NCBI GenBank assembly: GCA_963555995.3
Contig: OY821641.1
Coordinates: 3,584,001-3,648,000, forward strand
DNA from: Vicinamibacteria bacterium
GTDB taxonomy: Bacteria; Acidobacteriota; Vicinamibacteria; Marinacidobacterales; Marinacidobacteraceae
Direction of reading: 5' to 3'
DNA length: 64,000 bases
In this document: positions 1 to 8,873 of the stretch, one piece after another
How the letters are laid out: each line of letters starts with the position of its first letter
Numbering within the stretch: position 1 is the first letter of the stretch
Position numbers and translations under genes: made by a program
Notes under the pieces: generated by a model
The model's input: the letters and a program-made list of their open reading frames with translations, nothing else
The model's database searches: none
Told to the model about the DNA's origin: nothing

Positions 1-37
1 CCGGCCTGCGGGCCGGCGCCCCTTTTTGGTTGGGCTT

Positions 38-95
38 GGACCGCCGGTCTCCAGACCGGCACGCGCGGTGCTCCGCACGGCGCACGTCACCACGT
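38..95. repeat. REP-like palindrome plus adjacent small hairpin
   Basis: GGACCGCCGGTCTCCAGACCGGCAC (stem GCCGGTC/GACCGGC, loop TCCA) followed by GCGCGGTGCTCCGCACGGCGCAC; similar units at 35778-35828, 48628-48680, 60701 and 60941. Confidence 0.8.
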
Positions 96-185
96 CACGC
101 GAGCAGGGTGGCCCCACCTCGGCGTGAAGCTCAAGCGCGGGGGCGGGCACGTACACTCGAACCCGTTCCCATCGAGGAGAGACCC

Positions 186-1460
186 ATGAAGCAGCACGAA
201 GACCGCAGCGCATTGAATCGGCGACGCTTCCTTCAGACCGCGACTGCCGGGGCGGCCGCCGGATTGGCCGCGCTTCCCGGGGCCGGCGCGCCCGCGAGTC
301 CGCTCCGTCAGCCGGGTTCGCCCGGAGTGGGCTTCAACCCGGCTGATCCGCTCGGCGTCCGGTCCAGCTTTCCGGTCACCGAGGAACTCGCCTACCTGAA
401 CAACGCCGCCGTGGGGCCGCTGCCGATACCCGTCCGCGACGCCCTCCACGCCTACGCGGACAACAAGACGCTCCGCCGCGACGGCGCGTCGGGCGGCAAG
501 GCGGTGGCGGGCGCGCGCTCCCGCTTCGCCGGCCTGTTCGGCGTCGATGAGGACGAGGTCGCCCTCCTCTACTCCACCAGCGGGGCCGAGAACATCATCG
601 TGAACGCGATGGAGTGGCGGCCGGGCGACAACGTGGTGGTGGACGAGTTGCACTTCGTCACCACCTTCGTGCTCTACCGGGAGCTCGAGCGCCGGGCGGG
701 GGTCGAACTGCGGATCATCCCGTCACGGGACGGGGTCGTGACGGTCGACGACTTCGCCGCCCGGACCGACGACCGGACGCGGCTCCTCAGCGTGGCCTGG
801 GTGTCCAACCGCAACGGCTTCCGCTACGACCTGCCCCCGCTGGCCGACCTCGCGCACGCCCACGGGGCCTACCTCTACGCCGACGCCATCCAGGCGTGGG
901 GCACGTTCCCCACCAACCTTCACGAGGAGAAGGTCGACTTCGCCTGCGGCAATGGCTACAAGTGGCTGCACGCGGACTTCGGCTGCGCACCCTTCTACGT
1001 GCGCCGCGAGCACCTGGACTGGATGACCGCCGACCGGCACGGACATTTTCAGGTCGCCGAGTCGCTGCCCGGGAATCGCTTCCGCCTCAAGACCAGCGCT
1101 GGAAAACTCGAATACGGGGGCCCGGCCTACGGTCCGGTCGCCGCGATGGACGCCGCGCTCGCGTTCCTCGGCGAGGTGGGGGTCGACCGCATCGCCGCGC
1201 ACACGCAGGCGCTCGCGGGCGAACTGCGCGAGGGAGCGGCGGCGCTCGGGATGCGGATGTTCACTCCTCCGAAGAACCCCTCCGCGATCGTCAGCTTCTA
1301 CCACGGGCTCGATCACGAGCGGCTGAGCCGGGCGCTCGCCGACGAGGGCGTGGCGATCACCTTCCAGGAGGACGGAGCCCTGCTCCGCGCCGGCGTCGGG
1401 ATGTTCAACAGCCGCGACGACGTCGACCGGCTGCTGGGGGTGATCCGCCGGCTGGTCTAG
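186..1460 (+). CDS. Class V PLP-dependent aminotransferase / cysteine desulfurase-like protein with Tat signal peptide
   Basis: ATG at 186 after GAGGAGA; N-terminal NRRRFLQ twin-arginine motif; YLNNAA, ADAIQA and GNGYKWL (PLP lysine) motifs. Confidence 0.85.
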   Translation: MKQHEDRSALNRRRFLQTATAGAAAGLAALPGAGAPASPLRQPGSPGVGFNPADPLGVRSSFPVTEELAYLNNAAVGPLPIPVRDALHAYADNKTLRRDGASGGKAVAGARSRFAGLFGVDEDEVALLYSTSGAENIIVNAMEWRPGDNVVVDELHFVTTFVLYRELERRAGVELRIIPSRDGVVTVDDFAARTDDRTRLLSVAWVSNRNGFRYDLPPLADLAHAHGAYLYADAIQAWGTFPTNLHEEKVDFACGNGYKWLHADFGCAPFYVRREHLDWMTADRHGHFQVAESLPGNRFRLKTSAGKLEYGGPAYGPVAAMDAALAFLGEVGVDRIAAHTQALAGELREGAAALGMRMFTPPKNPSAIVSFYHGLDHERLSRALADEGVAITFQEDGALLRAGVGMFNSRDDVDRLLGVIRRLV

Positions 1461-1472
1461 CCCGGCCGCCGG

Positions 1473-2735
1473 TCAGCCCGCGAACCGCGCCAGCCCGAAG
1501 AAGGCTTCCTTCTCGCGTTCCCCGAGCGCCTGCCCCGCCAGCATCTCCCCGAGCGACGCGCCCAGCTTGTAGCCGTGGCCGGATCCGCCGCCGGCGATCC
1601 AGACGTTGTCCGCCTCCGGATGGGTGTCCACGATCAGTTCCCCGTCGGCGCTCTGCTCGTACTGGCAGACGCGCGCCTCGATCAGCGGCGCTCCCCGGAG
1701 CCCCGGGAAGCGGTGCTCCATGTACTCGCGCGCCTCGCGGATGCCCTTCGCCGAGGGGGTGCGGTCACCGTCGGTGGGGTCGAAATCGGCGCCGCGCCGG
1801 TCATCCGCGATCTTGAAGCCCCGGAAACGGGTCGCCGGGATGCCGTAGAACGGGCCCTCGATCCAGGTCGGGAACTCCTCCTCGGTCAGGTCGGCGCGGC
1901 CCGCCGGGGGGCCGAAATAGAAGACCTCCTGCCGGGTGGGGCGGACGAGCGGCGGATCGAACTCCGGGAAGAGCTTCGCGAGCCACGGCCCGCAGGCGAA
2001 CACGAAGAGGTCGGCCTCGACCGTGCTGCCGTCCGAGAGGCGGATCTCCCGCATCCGGCCGCCGTCCATCCCGCCCGGCGCCGCCTCCGCCCGCCGGAAA
2101 CTGCCGCCCTCCTCCTGGAACTCCCGGAGCACCCGTTCGCATCCGCGCCGGGCCAGCAGGTAGCCGGCGTTTCGTTCGAACACGCCGTAGGAGAGGCCCT
2201 CGGGGTTGATCTGGGGGAAGCGGCGGGCCAGCTCGTCGCCGTCGAGTTCCTCGACCGGGATGCCGAGTTCCCGGAGGATCGGCACCGCGGCCTTGGTGTA
2301 CTCGTTCTCCCCGGCCCGCATCCGCAGCATGCCGATGGGAAAGAGCAGCCGGTCGTTCCAGCGCGCCTCGTACTCGTTCCAGATCTCGTGCGCCCGGGCC
2401 ACCATCGCGCTGTAGATCCGCCGCGACCCGTAGGAGGCCCGGATCAACCGGCTCTCGCCCCCCGAGCTCGCGCGGGCGTTGCCCGCCCCCCACGCATCCA
2501 CGAGCGTCACCTCGGCGCCCGCGCGGCGGAGCCAGAGCGCCGTCCAGCCGCCGAAGGCGCCGGCCCCGATCACGGCGGCGCGGACGCCGCTTCCGGCTTG
2601 TGGCGGGCTCGTGGCGGGTGTGGCCTCTGGTGTCCCGGTTTCGCCGGCTCCGTTCCCGCAGGCGCCGAACACGGCGGCGCCGGCGAGCCCGGCGGTGATC
2701 GCCTCGCGGCGGGAAATGCGGCGTTCGCTCGTCAT
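1473..2735 (-). CDS. FAD-dependent oxidoreductase, monomeric sarcosine oxidase-like (DAO family), predicted Tat lipoprotein; paralog 1
   Basis: VIGAGAFG Rossmann motif, SSGGESRLIR, EARVCQY (Cys at the MSOX covalent-FAD position), GGSGHGYK; SRREAI plus FGAC lipobox-like signal. Confidence 0.85.
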   Translation of the reverse strand: MTSERRISRREAITAGLAGAAVFGACGNGAGETGTPEATPATSPPQAGSGVRAAVIGAGAFGGWTALWLRRAGAEVTLVDAWGAGNARASSGGESRLIRASYGSRRIYSAMVARAHEIWNEYEARWNDRLLFPIGMLRMRAGENEYTKAAVPILRELGIPVEELDGDELARRFPQINPEGLSYGVFERNAGYLLARRGCERVLREFQEEGGSFRRAEAAPGGMDGGRMREIRLSDGSTVEADLFVFACGPWLAKLFPEFDPPLVRPTRQEVFYFGPPAGRADLTEEEFPTWIEGPFYGIPATRFRGFKIADDRRGADFDPTDGDRTPSAKGIREAREYMEHRFPGLRGAPLIEARVCQYEQSADGELIVDTHPEADNVWIAGGGSGHGYKLGASLGEMLAGQALGEREKEAFFGLARFAG

Positions 2736-2808
2736 GTTCGGATCATACGTTCGGGCCAGTTGGGCGCACCGGGCGAGCGGGTGCAGATGGAGATCGAAAC
2801 GGGATGTC

Positions 2809-3843
2809 CTATGCGCGCGAGCGGAATTCGCGGATAAGCGTGTGCCTGACGAGTTCGTGCAGGTTCTGGAGCGTGAACACCTTCCCCCGGGTGGCGAGAA
2901 GCAGTTTCTTCATGTCCTCCCGCCGCACGCCGAAGCCTCGCCCGGCGATGCACGCCACGACCTCGAATCTCGGTTGGGCGCTCGGCTGACCCTCCACGCT
3001 GAGGGTGGCCAGGTGCTGCACACGGGTGATCTTGTCGCGGGCCGTTCCGTCGTCTTCGGTGAGTTTGGCCTCGATGACGACCTGCGGGTTGAACTCGCTC
3101 GGAACGATGAAGTCCGGGGTCTGGTCGAAACCGGGGACACGCTCGGCTCTTCCGGTCCGGCGAAAGCTGATCCCGGCTCGCGTCAGGATTTCGTCAATGG
3201 CGTTCTCGACGATGTCGCCGATGAGTTCACTCACGGAGTCCCGATGCCCGGCGAACGGCCGGCCCAGCAGCCGTTCGTAGAGCAACATGGAGTACGGCGC
3301 TCCCAGATCCGCGAGCGATTGAACGCTGGGCAGTCCCGCCTTCGTATCGGCCTTGTCGAGACGATGAAGCGTGTCAGGCGGCGTGTCCGGCGCTCCCGAC
3401 TGAAGGAAATGGCACGCGGTGCTGACCAGCGCGTGAACCCGCGCCTCGGTCACGCCGCCGTTCCGGCTCAGCGCGACCTCCGGTTGCATCCGGATGTCCC
3501 GGTCAATGGCTCGCGCGGCTCCCTGCGTGACGGCAACTCCGGTGTGGCGGGTCGCGCAGTAGGCCCATTCGGGCGGGGTGAGACCCAACATGCAGCGCAG
3601 GACGATCAGGGAGATCGGATGGTCGAAGACGACTGGTGCGATTCGATCCGGAGTGACGCAGCGGAATCCGTCGGTGGCTCGTTTCAGCGCCTCGTAGCCG
3701 CCCTCGAATACGGCGAACTCCACGAAACCCCTTCCTTTCGGCATGACCAGAAAGTCCGACTCCAGAGAGCCGAACACCGCATCTACATGAGCATCCAGAT
3801 CTCCTCGGAGTTCATCGAAGGCGACCTCAAAAGGAAACGGCAA
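2809..3843 (-). CDS. PD-(D/E)xK restriction endonuclease-like protein
   Basis: TTG start at 3843 after AAGGAGG, overlapping the MTase 3' end; PDF...VVIEAK catalytic motif; adjacent to a DNA MTase. Confidence 0.7.
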   Translation of the reverse strand: MPFPFEVAFDELRGDLDAHVDAVFGSLESDFLVMPKGRGFVEFAVFEGGYEALKRATDGFRCVTPDRIAPVVFDHPISLIVLRCMLGLTPPEWAYCATRHTGVAVTQGAARAIDRDIRMQPEVALSRNGGVTEARVHALVSTACHFLQSGAPDTPPDTLHRLDKADTKAGLPSVQSLADLGAPYSMLLYERLLGRPFAGHRDSVSELIGDIVENAIDEILTRAGISFRRTGRAERVPGFDQTPDFIVPSEFNPQVVIEAKLTEDDGTARDKITRVQHLATLSVEGQPSAQPRFEVVACIAGRGFGVRREDMKKLLLATRGKVFTLQNLHELVRHTLIREFRSRA

Positions 3844-6016
3844 GCTCAGCCTCCTTGCCGGCGTTCGCCGGTGGGTGCAACAGCCCGGGCCGACGCATGG
3901 CTGCCTGACTTCCGAGCGTCCGTTTCGCCAACATGTCCGGATCCCCACAGAAACGGACGGCCTCGCCGAACCGCGAGAGTTTGTCGCCCGTCGCCAGTTC
4001 GCGCTCCCAGGTCTCCCGAAGCCGCCACACCGCCATGCGGGTCAGGTGGCCGAAGACGACGCAGCGCGTGTCGCCGTAGGTCGGCTTCCTGCCGCCGGAG
4101 GCGAGGAGAGCGAGGTCCGCGCCCGCGATCTCGATGAGTTGTTCGGCGTCGTCGAACAGCCACCGCGCCGGAACGGATCCCGACGCGCGGCAGACGAAGA
4201 CGGTGTCCACGATGGAAGAGGTGGTCCCGTGGATGTGGATGGAGCCGCCCATCTCGGCGGGACAGGGCAGCGATGCGGAACACACGAGCCCGGCATCGAG
4301 AATCGCCGCGCCCACCGCGCCGTAGGTCTCCAGGCGGTTGTGGTGGTAGGTGAACGCGAGCGGTCCGCCCGGCTTCAGCGCGCGGGCCACTCGCGAATAG
4401 ACGCCGGACAGGCCCTCGGCGAAATGCTCCAGACCGCGGCCCTCGGTCACGTTCCCCGCGACTTCGGTCGGTGACCTCGTGGACTCCCGATGGAAGCCGC
4501 TCGCGCCGTTCCCCGCGAGTCGGCGGAGCCAGACGTAGCAGAAGTCCATCAGTTCGGCGTACTGGACGTTCCCGAAGTAGGGAGGGTCGGTGAAGACCGC
4601 GTCCAGTGGCTCGGGGCCGAACTCGTGCTCCGTTGCGCTCGCGCATTGGATCCTGACGTCCCGGCGACGGCCGCGCCGTTCCTCGCCGATCCATTCGTTG
4701 ACCGGGACGCGATGGTTCTGCGCCCCGTTGCGCTCGACCTCGAAGGGAGCATCGCAGTAGTCCTTCGCGCTCCGGTACTTCTGGACGATATTGGCCCAGC
4801 CGCCGGACCCGACTGGGGCGCCGGCGCGGCCGGGGATCCCCAGGATGTTGGACTCGCACTGCACCAGGCCGACCGGAAAGCCGTGCACGGAGAAGATGTC
4901 CAGCGCCTTCAGCGCGCTGGTGTCATAGCGGCACAGCATGTTCTGGTAGCGCAGGAGGTCCGAGAGGTTGGTCGCCAGCGCCCGCCGGATGCGGTCGTCC
5001 GGCACCTCCCGGATCAGGCGGCAACTCAGTTCGAGGCCGAGAAGCTGGCGCGGATTGAAGAGGTCCCGGTAGCGCGCGTATCCCCAGCGGTGCAGGCGGT
5101 CGGTTTCGTCGCCGGGCGGGATCTTCTGGTCGGGGACGAAGCGGGGCGTCAGGCGGTTCCAACGCTCGGTCGCCCGCTCCATCCGGTCGAGATCGCGCTC
5201 GTCGGGCTTCTTGAAGAAGCGGCCCCGGTGCCCCGATTTTCGATGCGGGTTGTGGTACTCGATGGCGAAGAGTCGGTGCGCGGGAGGCCGGCCGCCGCCT
5301 TCGGGATAGCGATTCGAGTGGCCGCAGTGCGGGCAGCCGCAGCGGCCCCGGCGCGCGTCCCCGTGCTCCTTGAGTGACGATCCGCAGCCGGTGCAGGGGG
5401 CCGGGTTGCGGCGGTCCGACACTTCGGCGAGGTCACCGCACACAGCGCACACCAGAACGTGCGCGGGATGCCGGCGGTTGGCCGCGACGAGATAGCCGGG
5501 GAACAGGTCGAAGGTTCGACCGCAACTCTCGCAGTTCCGCTGTTTCACCCAGAGGAAGGACTTCACGGGGACGTCCGGGTCGCCGTAGCGGGGGCAGGAT
5601 GTCCGGTAGTAGGGATCCAGTTCGGTGCGCAAGGCGTCCATCAACTCGGTCGCGGTGCGCCGGTAGGCCCGAACGTCGAGCCGCTCGATCTCCTCGCGGA
5701 CGATCCAGGCGGACATCGGGTTGATGTCGAGACCCTCCACGTCGCAGCCCAGCCGGTTCGCCTCGATCAGTGGCGTGCCGCCGCCCATGAAGGGGTCGGC
5801 GATGCGGACGCCCGGGAGGTCGTTCGCCCGGTAGAAGGTCTCCGGGAGGCGCCCGTCCCCGAACTCGGCGAGGATCAGCCCGCGAAACAGCGTGCCCGGA
5901 CGGCGGGCGAACCACTTGTGGACGCCGATGACGGGGCGGTAGTTCTGCTGGATCTGCTTTTCGCGGAGCGCCAGTCGGGCGATGAGCGGAACGTCGAATC
6001 GCTGCTCGATGCTCAC
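3827..6016 (-). CDS. Adenine-specific DNA methyltransferase with DUF1156-like N-terminus and Zn-ribbon insert
   Basis: GTG at 6016 overlaps the upstream TGA (GTGA); HKWFARRPG, motif I DPFMGGGT, several CxxC pairs, motif IV DPPY. Confidence 0.85.
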   Translation of the reverse strand: MSIEQRFDVPLIARLALREKQIQQNYRPVIGVHKWFARRPGTLFRGLILAEFGDGRLPETFYRANDLPGVRIADPFMGGGTPLIEANRLGCDVEGLDINPMSAWIVREEIERLDVRAYRRTATELMDALRTELDPYYRTSCPRYGDPDVPVKSFLWVKQRNCESCGRTFDLFPGYLVAANRRHPAHVLVCAVCGDLAEVSDRRNPAPCTGCGSSLKEHGDARRGRCGCPHCGHSNRYPEGGGRPPAHRLFAIEYHNPHRKSGHRGRFFKKPDERDLDRMERATERWNRLTPRFVPDQKIPPGDETDRLHRWGYARYRDLFNPRQLLGLELSCRLIREVPDDRIRRALATNLSDLLRYQNMLCRYDTSALKALDIFSVHGFPVGLVQCESNILGIPGRAGAPVGSGGWANIVQKYRSAKDYCDAPFEVERNGAQNHRVPVNEWIGEERRGRRRDVRIQCASATEHEFGPEPLDAVFTDPPYFGNVQYAELMDFCYVWLRRLAGNGASGFHRESTRSPTEVAGNVTEGRGLEHFAEGLSGVYSRVARALKPGGPLAFTYHHNRLETYGAVGAAILDAGLVCSASLPCPAEMGGSIHIHGTTSSIVDTVFVCRASGSVPARWLFDDAEQLIEIAGADLALLASGGRKPTYGDTRCVVFGHLTRMAVWRLRETWERELATGDKLSRFGEAVRFCGDPDMLAKRTLGSQAAMRRPGLLHPPANAGKEAELAVSF

Positions 6017-7329
6017 GTCCGGAAGCCTTCCGGATCGACGATAGCGCCGGCGTTCGTGGCGAACCGGGCCAGGCCGAAGAAGGGTTCCTTGGCGCGCTGG
6101 CCGAGTGCCTGTTCGGCCAGCATCTCGCCGAGGGCGGGTCCGAGCTTGTAGCCGTGGCCGGAGCCGCCGCCGGCGATCCAGGCATTCGGCGCCTCGGGAT
6201 GGGTGTCCACGATGAGGTGGCCGTCGGCGCTCTGTTCGTACTGGCAGACGCGCGCCTCGATCAGGGGGGCGCCGCGCATTGCCGGGAAGCGGCGTTCCAT
6301 GTAGGTGTGGGCCGTGTGGATGGCTTCCGGCGAGGGGGTCCGATCTCCGTTCGTCGGATCGAACGGGGCGCCGCGGGAGTCGTCCGCGACCTTGAAGCCG
6401 CGGAAGTTGCTGCCGGGCACGCCGTAGAAGAGGCTCGCGCCGGTCTCGACCCAGACCGGCAGCTCGGCGTCGGTCAGGTCGGGGCGGCCGGGCGGGGTGC
6501 CGAAGTAGAGGATCTCCTGGCGGGTGGGGCTCACGAGCGGCGGATCGAAGCCGGGGAAGAGCTCGGCGAGCCAGGGGCCTCCGGCGAAGACGAAGAGGTC
6601 CGCCTCGATGGACTCGCCGTCCCCGAGGCGGATGTCGCGCAGCGCGCCGTTCGCGATGGTTCCAGCCTCCGCCTTCGCCTGGCGGTACTCCCCGCCCTCG
6701 GCGAGGAAGCCCTCCAGCACCCGCTGGCACCCGCGGCGGGCGAGGAGGTAGCCCGCGCTCTGCTCGTAGAGGGTGTACGCGATGCCCTCCGGGTTGATCT
6801 GGGGGAAGCGGCGGCCCAGTTCCTCGCCGGTGAGTTCCTCGAAGGGGACGCCGAGGTCGCCGAGGATCGGGACGGCGTCCGTAGCGTAGGGATCCTCGCC
6901 GTCGCTCATCCAGAGCGCGCCGGTCTCGAAGAAGAGCCGGTCGTTCCAGCGCTCGCCCGCGTCCTTCCAGAGTTCGAGCGCCCGCACCACCATCTCGGAG
7001 TAGATGCGGTCGGGCCCGTAGGTGGCGCGGATGACGCGGGTCTCGCCGCCGGAGCTCGCGCGGGAGTTCCCCGGTCCCCAGGCGTCCACCAGGGTGACCC
7101 GCGCTCCCCGCCGGAGGAGTTCGAGCGCCGTCCAGCCGCCGAAGGCGCCGGCCCCGATCACGACGGCGCGGACTCCCGATCCGGACTGCGAGGCGGTGCC
7201 GCTGCCGGCCGCCGGCGACTCCGCCGTTCCGCCGCTGCCGGTCCCGCAGGCGCCGAGCGCCGCGGCGGCGCCCGCGCCGGCGAGCCCGGTGGCGATGACC
7301 TGACGCCGCGTGATCCGTCGCTCGGTCAT
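6013..7329 (-). CDS. FAD-dependent oxidoreductase, sarcosine oxidase-like, predicted Tat lipoprotein; paralog 2
   Basis: Colinear and highly similar to 1473-2735 (VIGAGAFGGWTAL, EARVCQYEQSADG, GGGSGHGYKLG); TRRQVI plus LGAC lipobox. Confidence 0.85.
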   Translation of the reverse strand: MTERRITRRQVIATGLAGAGAAAALGACGTGSGGTAESPAAGSGTASQSGSGVRAVVIGAGAFGGWTALELLRRGARVTLVDAWGPGNSRASSGGETRVIRATYGPDRIYSEMVVRALELWKDAGERWNDRLFFETGALWMSDGEDPYATDAVPILGDLGVPFEELTGEELGRRFPQINPEGIAYTLYEQSAGYLLARRGCQRVLEGFLAEGGEYRQAKAEAGTIANGALRDIRLGDGESIEADLFVFAGGPWLAELFPGFDPPLVSPTRQEILYFGTPPGRPDLTDAELPVWVETGASLFYGVPGSNFRGFKVADDSRGAPFDPTNGDRTPSPEAIHTAHTYMERRFPAMRGAPLIEARVCQYEQSADGHLIVDTHPEAPNAWIAGGGSGHGYKLGPALGEMLAEQALGQRAKEPFFGLARFATNAGAIVDPEGFRT

Positions 7330-7520
7330 GACCGACCGATCCTAACCGGTATTCCCCATTCTTGGAGGTACTGCCGAGTTCCGGCAGTTCGCTTTGAAGG
7401 CGACAATCGTGGTGCGTTTTGCCCGCTTCCGGCGGTCGGCGCCGGTGTGAAGTCCCCAGTGGGAGAAATCTCCATGATCGGGTCCTCCGGCACACCCCGC
7501 CGGTCATGAAATGGCGGAAC

Positions 7521-7686
7521 GGCTGGGAGCGCCGGTGTTCACACCGGCACAGCGAGCCGAAGGCTCGCGGATGTCGTGCCGCTGTTCGTGGTGTTGCACC
7601 GAGAGGAAAGCACGATCGCGCAGATCAGCGACGTGCCGTGCGCTGCTGCGCAGCGCGTGCCGGTGTGAACACCGGCGCTCCCAGCC
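7521..7686. mobile_element. REPIN/MITE-like element with perfect 30-bp terminal inverted repeats
   Basis: GGCTGGGAGCGCCGGTGTTCACACCGGCAC (7521-7550) and its exact reverse complement (7657-7686); interior homologous to copies at 11757, 19175, 39037 and 45244. Confidence 0.8.
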
Positions 7687-7760
7687 CGCGGCGCCATTGC
7701 GGTAGCCGGCGGACCTGCACTCTTGCAGCAACTGGCCGCCATTCCCGGGGCAGCGCTCCG

Positions 7761-8852
7761 TCAGAACGAGAAAAACCGGCTGGACGCTGGCCCGGTGGGC
7801 GTTCCGCACGCGATGTGGACGGCGTCGCGGAGGACCGCGGCGGCGGTGGGGATCGCGTCGCCCTCGGTGGCGACGAGCCGCTGGGTGGAGAAGAGGTCGG
7901 TCTCCCATTCCACCGCCATGTCGAGCGTGCCGATGCCGCCGAAGAAGCTCGCGCGGGGGACCGCCACCGGCGCGACCGTCATCCGCACCGCGTCCCCCTC
8001 GGGGACGGCTTCCGCGAGCAGGCGGACCACCTCGTCCGGGGCGGGCTCCGGCGCGGCCTCGATCCCGGTGCGGACGACCTCGGCGAGGGACGCCTGCTGG
8101 CGCATGACCGTGCGCACCAGGATCAGCAGCTTGAGCGCGGTGTCGGTGCCGTTCAGGTCGTTCGTGGGGTCCGTCTCGGCGATCCCGCGGCGCTGGGCCT
8201 CGGCGACGGCCGCTTCGAGGGTGAGCCCCTCGGCCATCCGGCCGAGGACGAGGTTGCTGGTGCTGTTGAAGACGCCCCGAACCCGCCGGAACTCGGCCGC
8301 CACCAGGTCGCGGCGGCCGGCGTTCACCACCGGGAGGCCGCCGCAGACGGTGGCGCTCCAGCCGAAACCCGCGTCGTTCTCCGCCGCCAGCGCCTCGATC
8401 TCGTCGAACGCGAGCGCGATCGCCGACTTGTTGGCGAAGACGACCGAGGCGCCCCGGCGCAGGGCCGCGCGGGCGGCGCGGAGCCCGATGCCGCCCGTCT
8501 CGATGTCCATCGAGGCGGCGTCGAGCAGGATGCCCCGCGGTCCGGCCGCCGCCAGCGCTTCCTCCAGCGGGACGGGCGCGGCGCCGGGGATCTCCCGGAG
8601 CTTCCGGCCTCCGGCCTTCGCCTCCAGCATGGCGCCGGTGGGAAGGCGGCCTCCCGCGGCGTCCGGTCCGAGGATGAAGCCGCTCCGGTCGGCGCAGGCC
8701 GCGACAGGGAACGTCACCCCGTAGCGGTCGGCGAGGGTTCCGGCCTTCCTGGCGAGGATGCCGAGCAGCTCGCGGTGGACGTTCCCCATCCCCAGCAGGA
8801 CGAGGGGATGGGAGGTGAGGTCGTTGGGGTCGTTCTCGGGGGGCGTTCGCAT
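7761..8852 (-). CDS. Homoserine dehydrogenase family protein (no ACT domain)
   Basis: LLGMGNV NAD(P)-binding motif, VVFANKS, ATVCGGLPV, GVFNSTSN, AETDPTNDLNGTDTALK. Confidence 0.8.
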   Translation of the reverse strand: MRTPPENDPNDLTSHPLVLLGMGNVHRELLGILARKAGTLADRYGVTFPVAACADRSGFILGPDAAGGRLPTGAMLEAKAGGRKLREIPGAAPVPLEEALAAAGPRGILLDAASMDIETGGIGLRAARAALRRGASVVFANKSAIALAFDEIEALAAENDAGFGWSATVCGGLPVVNAGRRDLVAAEFRRVRGVFNSTSNLVLGRMAEGLTLEAAVAEAQRRGIAETDPTNDLNGTDTALKLLILVRTVMRQQASLAEVVRTGIEAAPEPAPDEVVRLLAEAVPEGDAVRMTVAPVAVPRASFFGGIGTLDMAVEWETDLFSTQRLVATEGDAIPTAAAVLRDAVHIACGTPTGPASSRFFSF

Positions 8853-8873
8853 GGGGGACTCTCCCCGGGGACC

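Noticed and set aside
3827-7507. 1226-aa ORF as one giant methyltransferase
   Set aside because: The first 497 codons are an Arg/Pro-rich alternative frame over the oxidase gene; MTase motifs begin at the GTG at 6016
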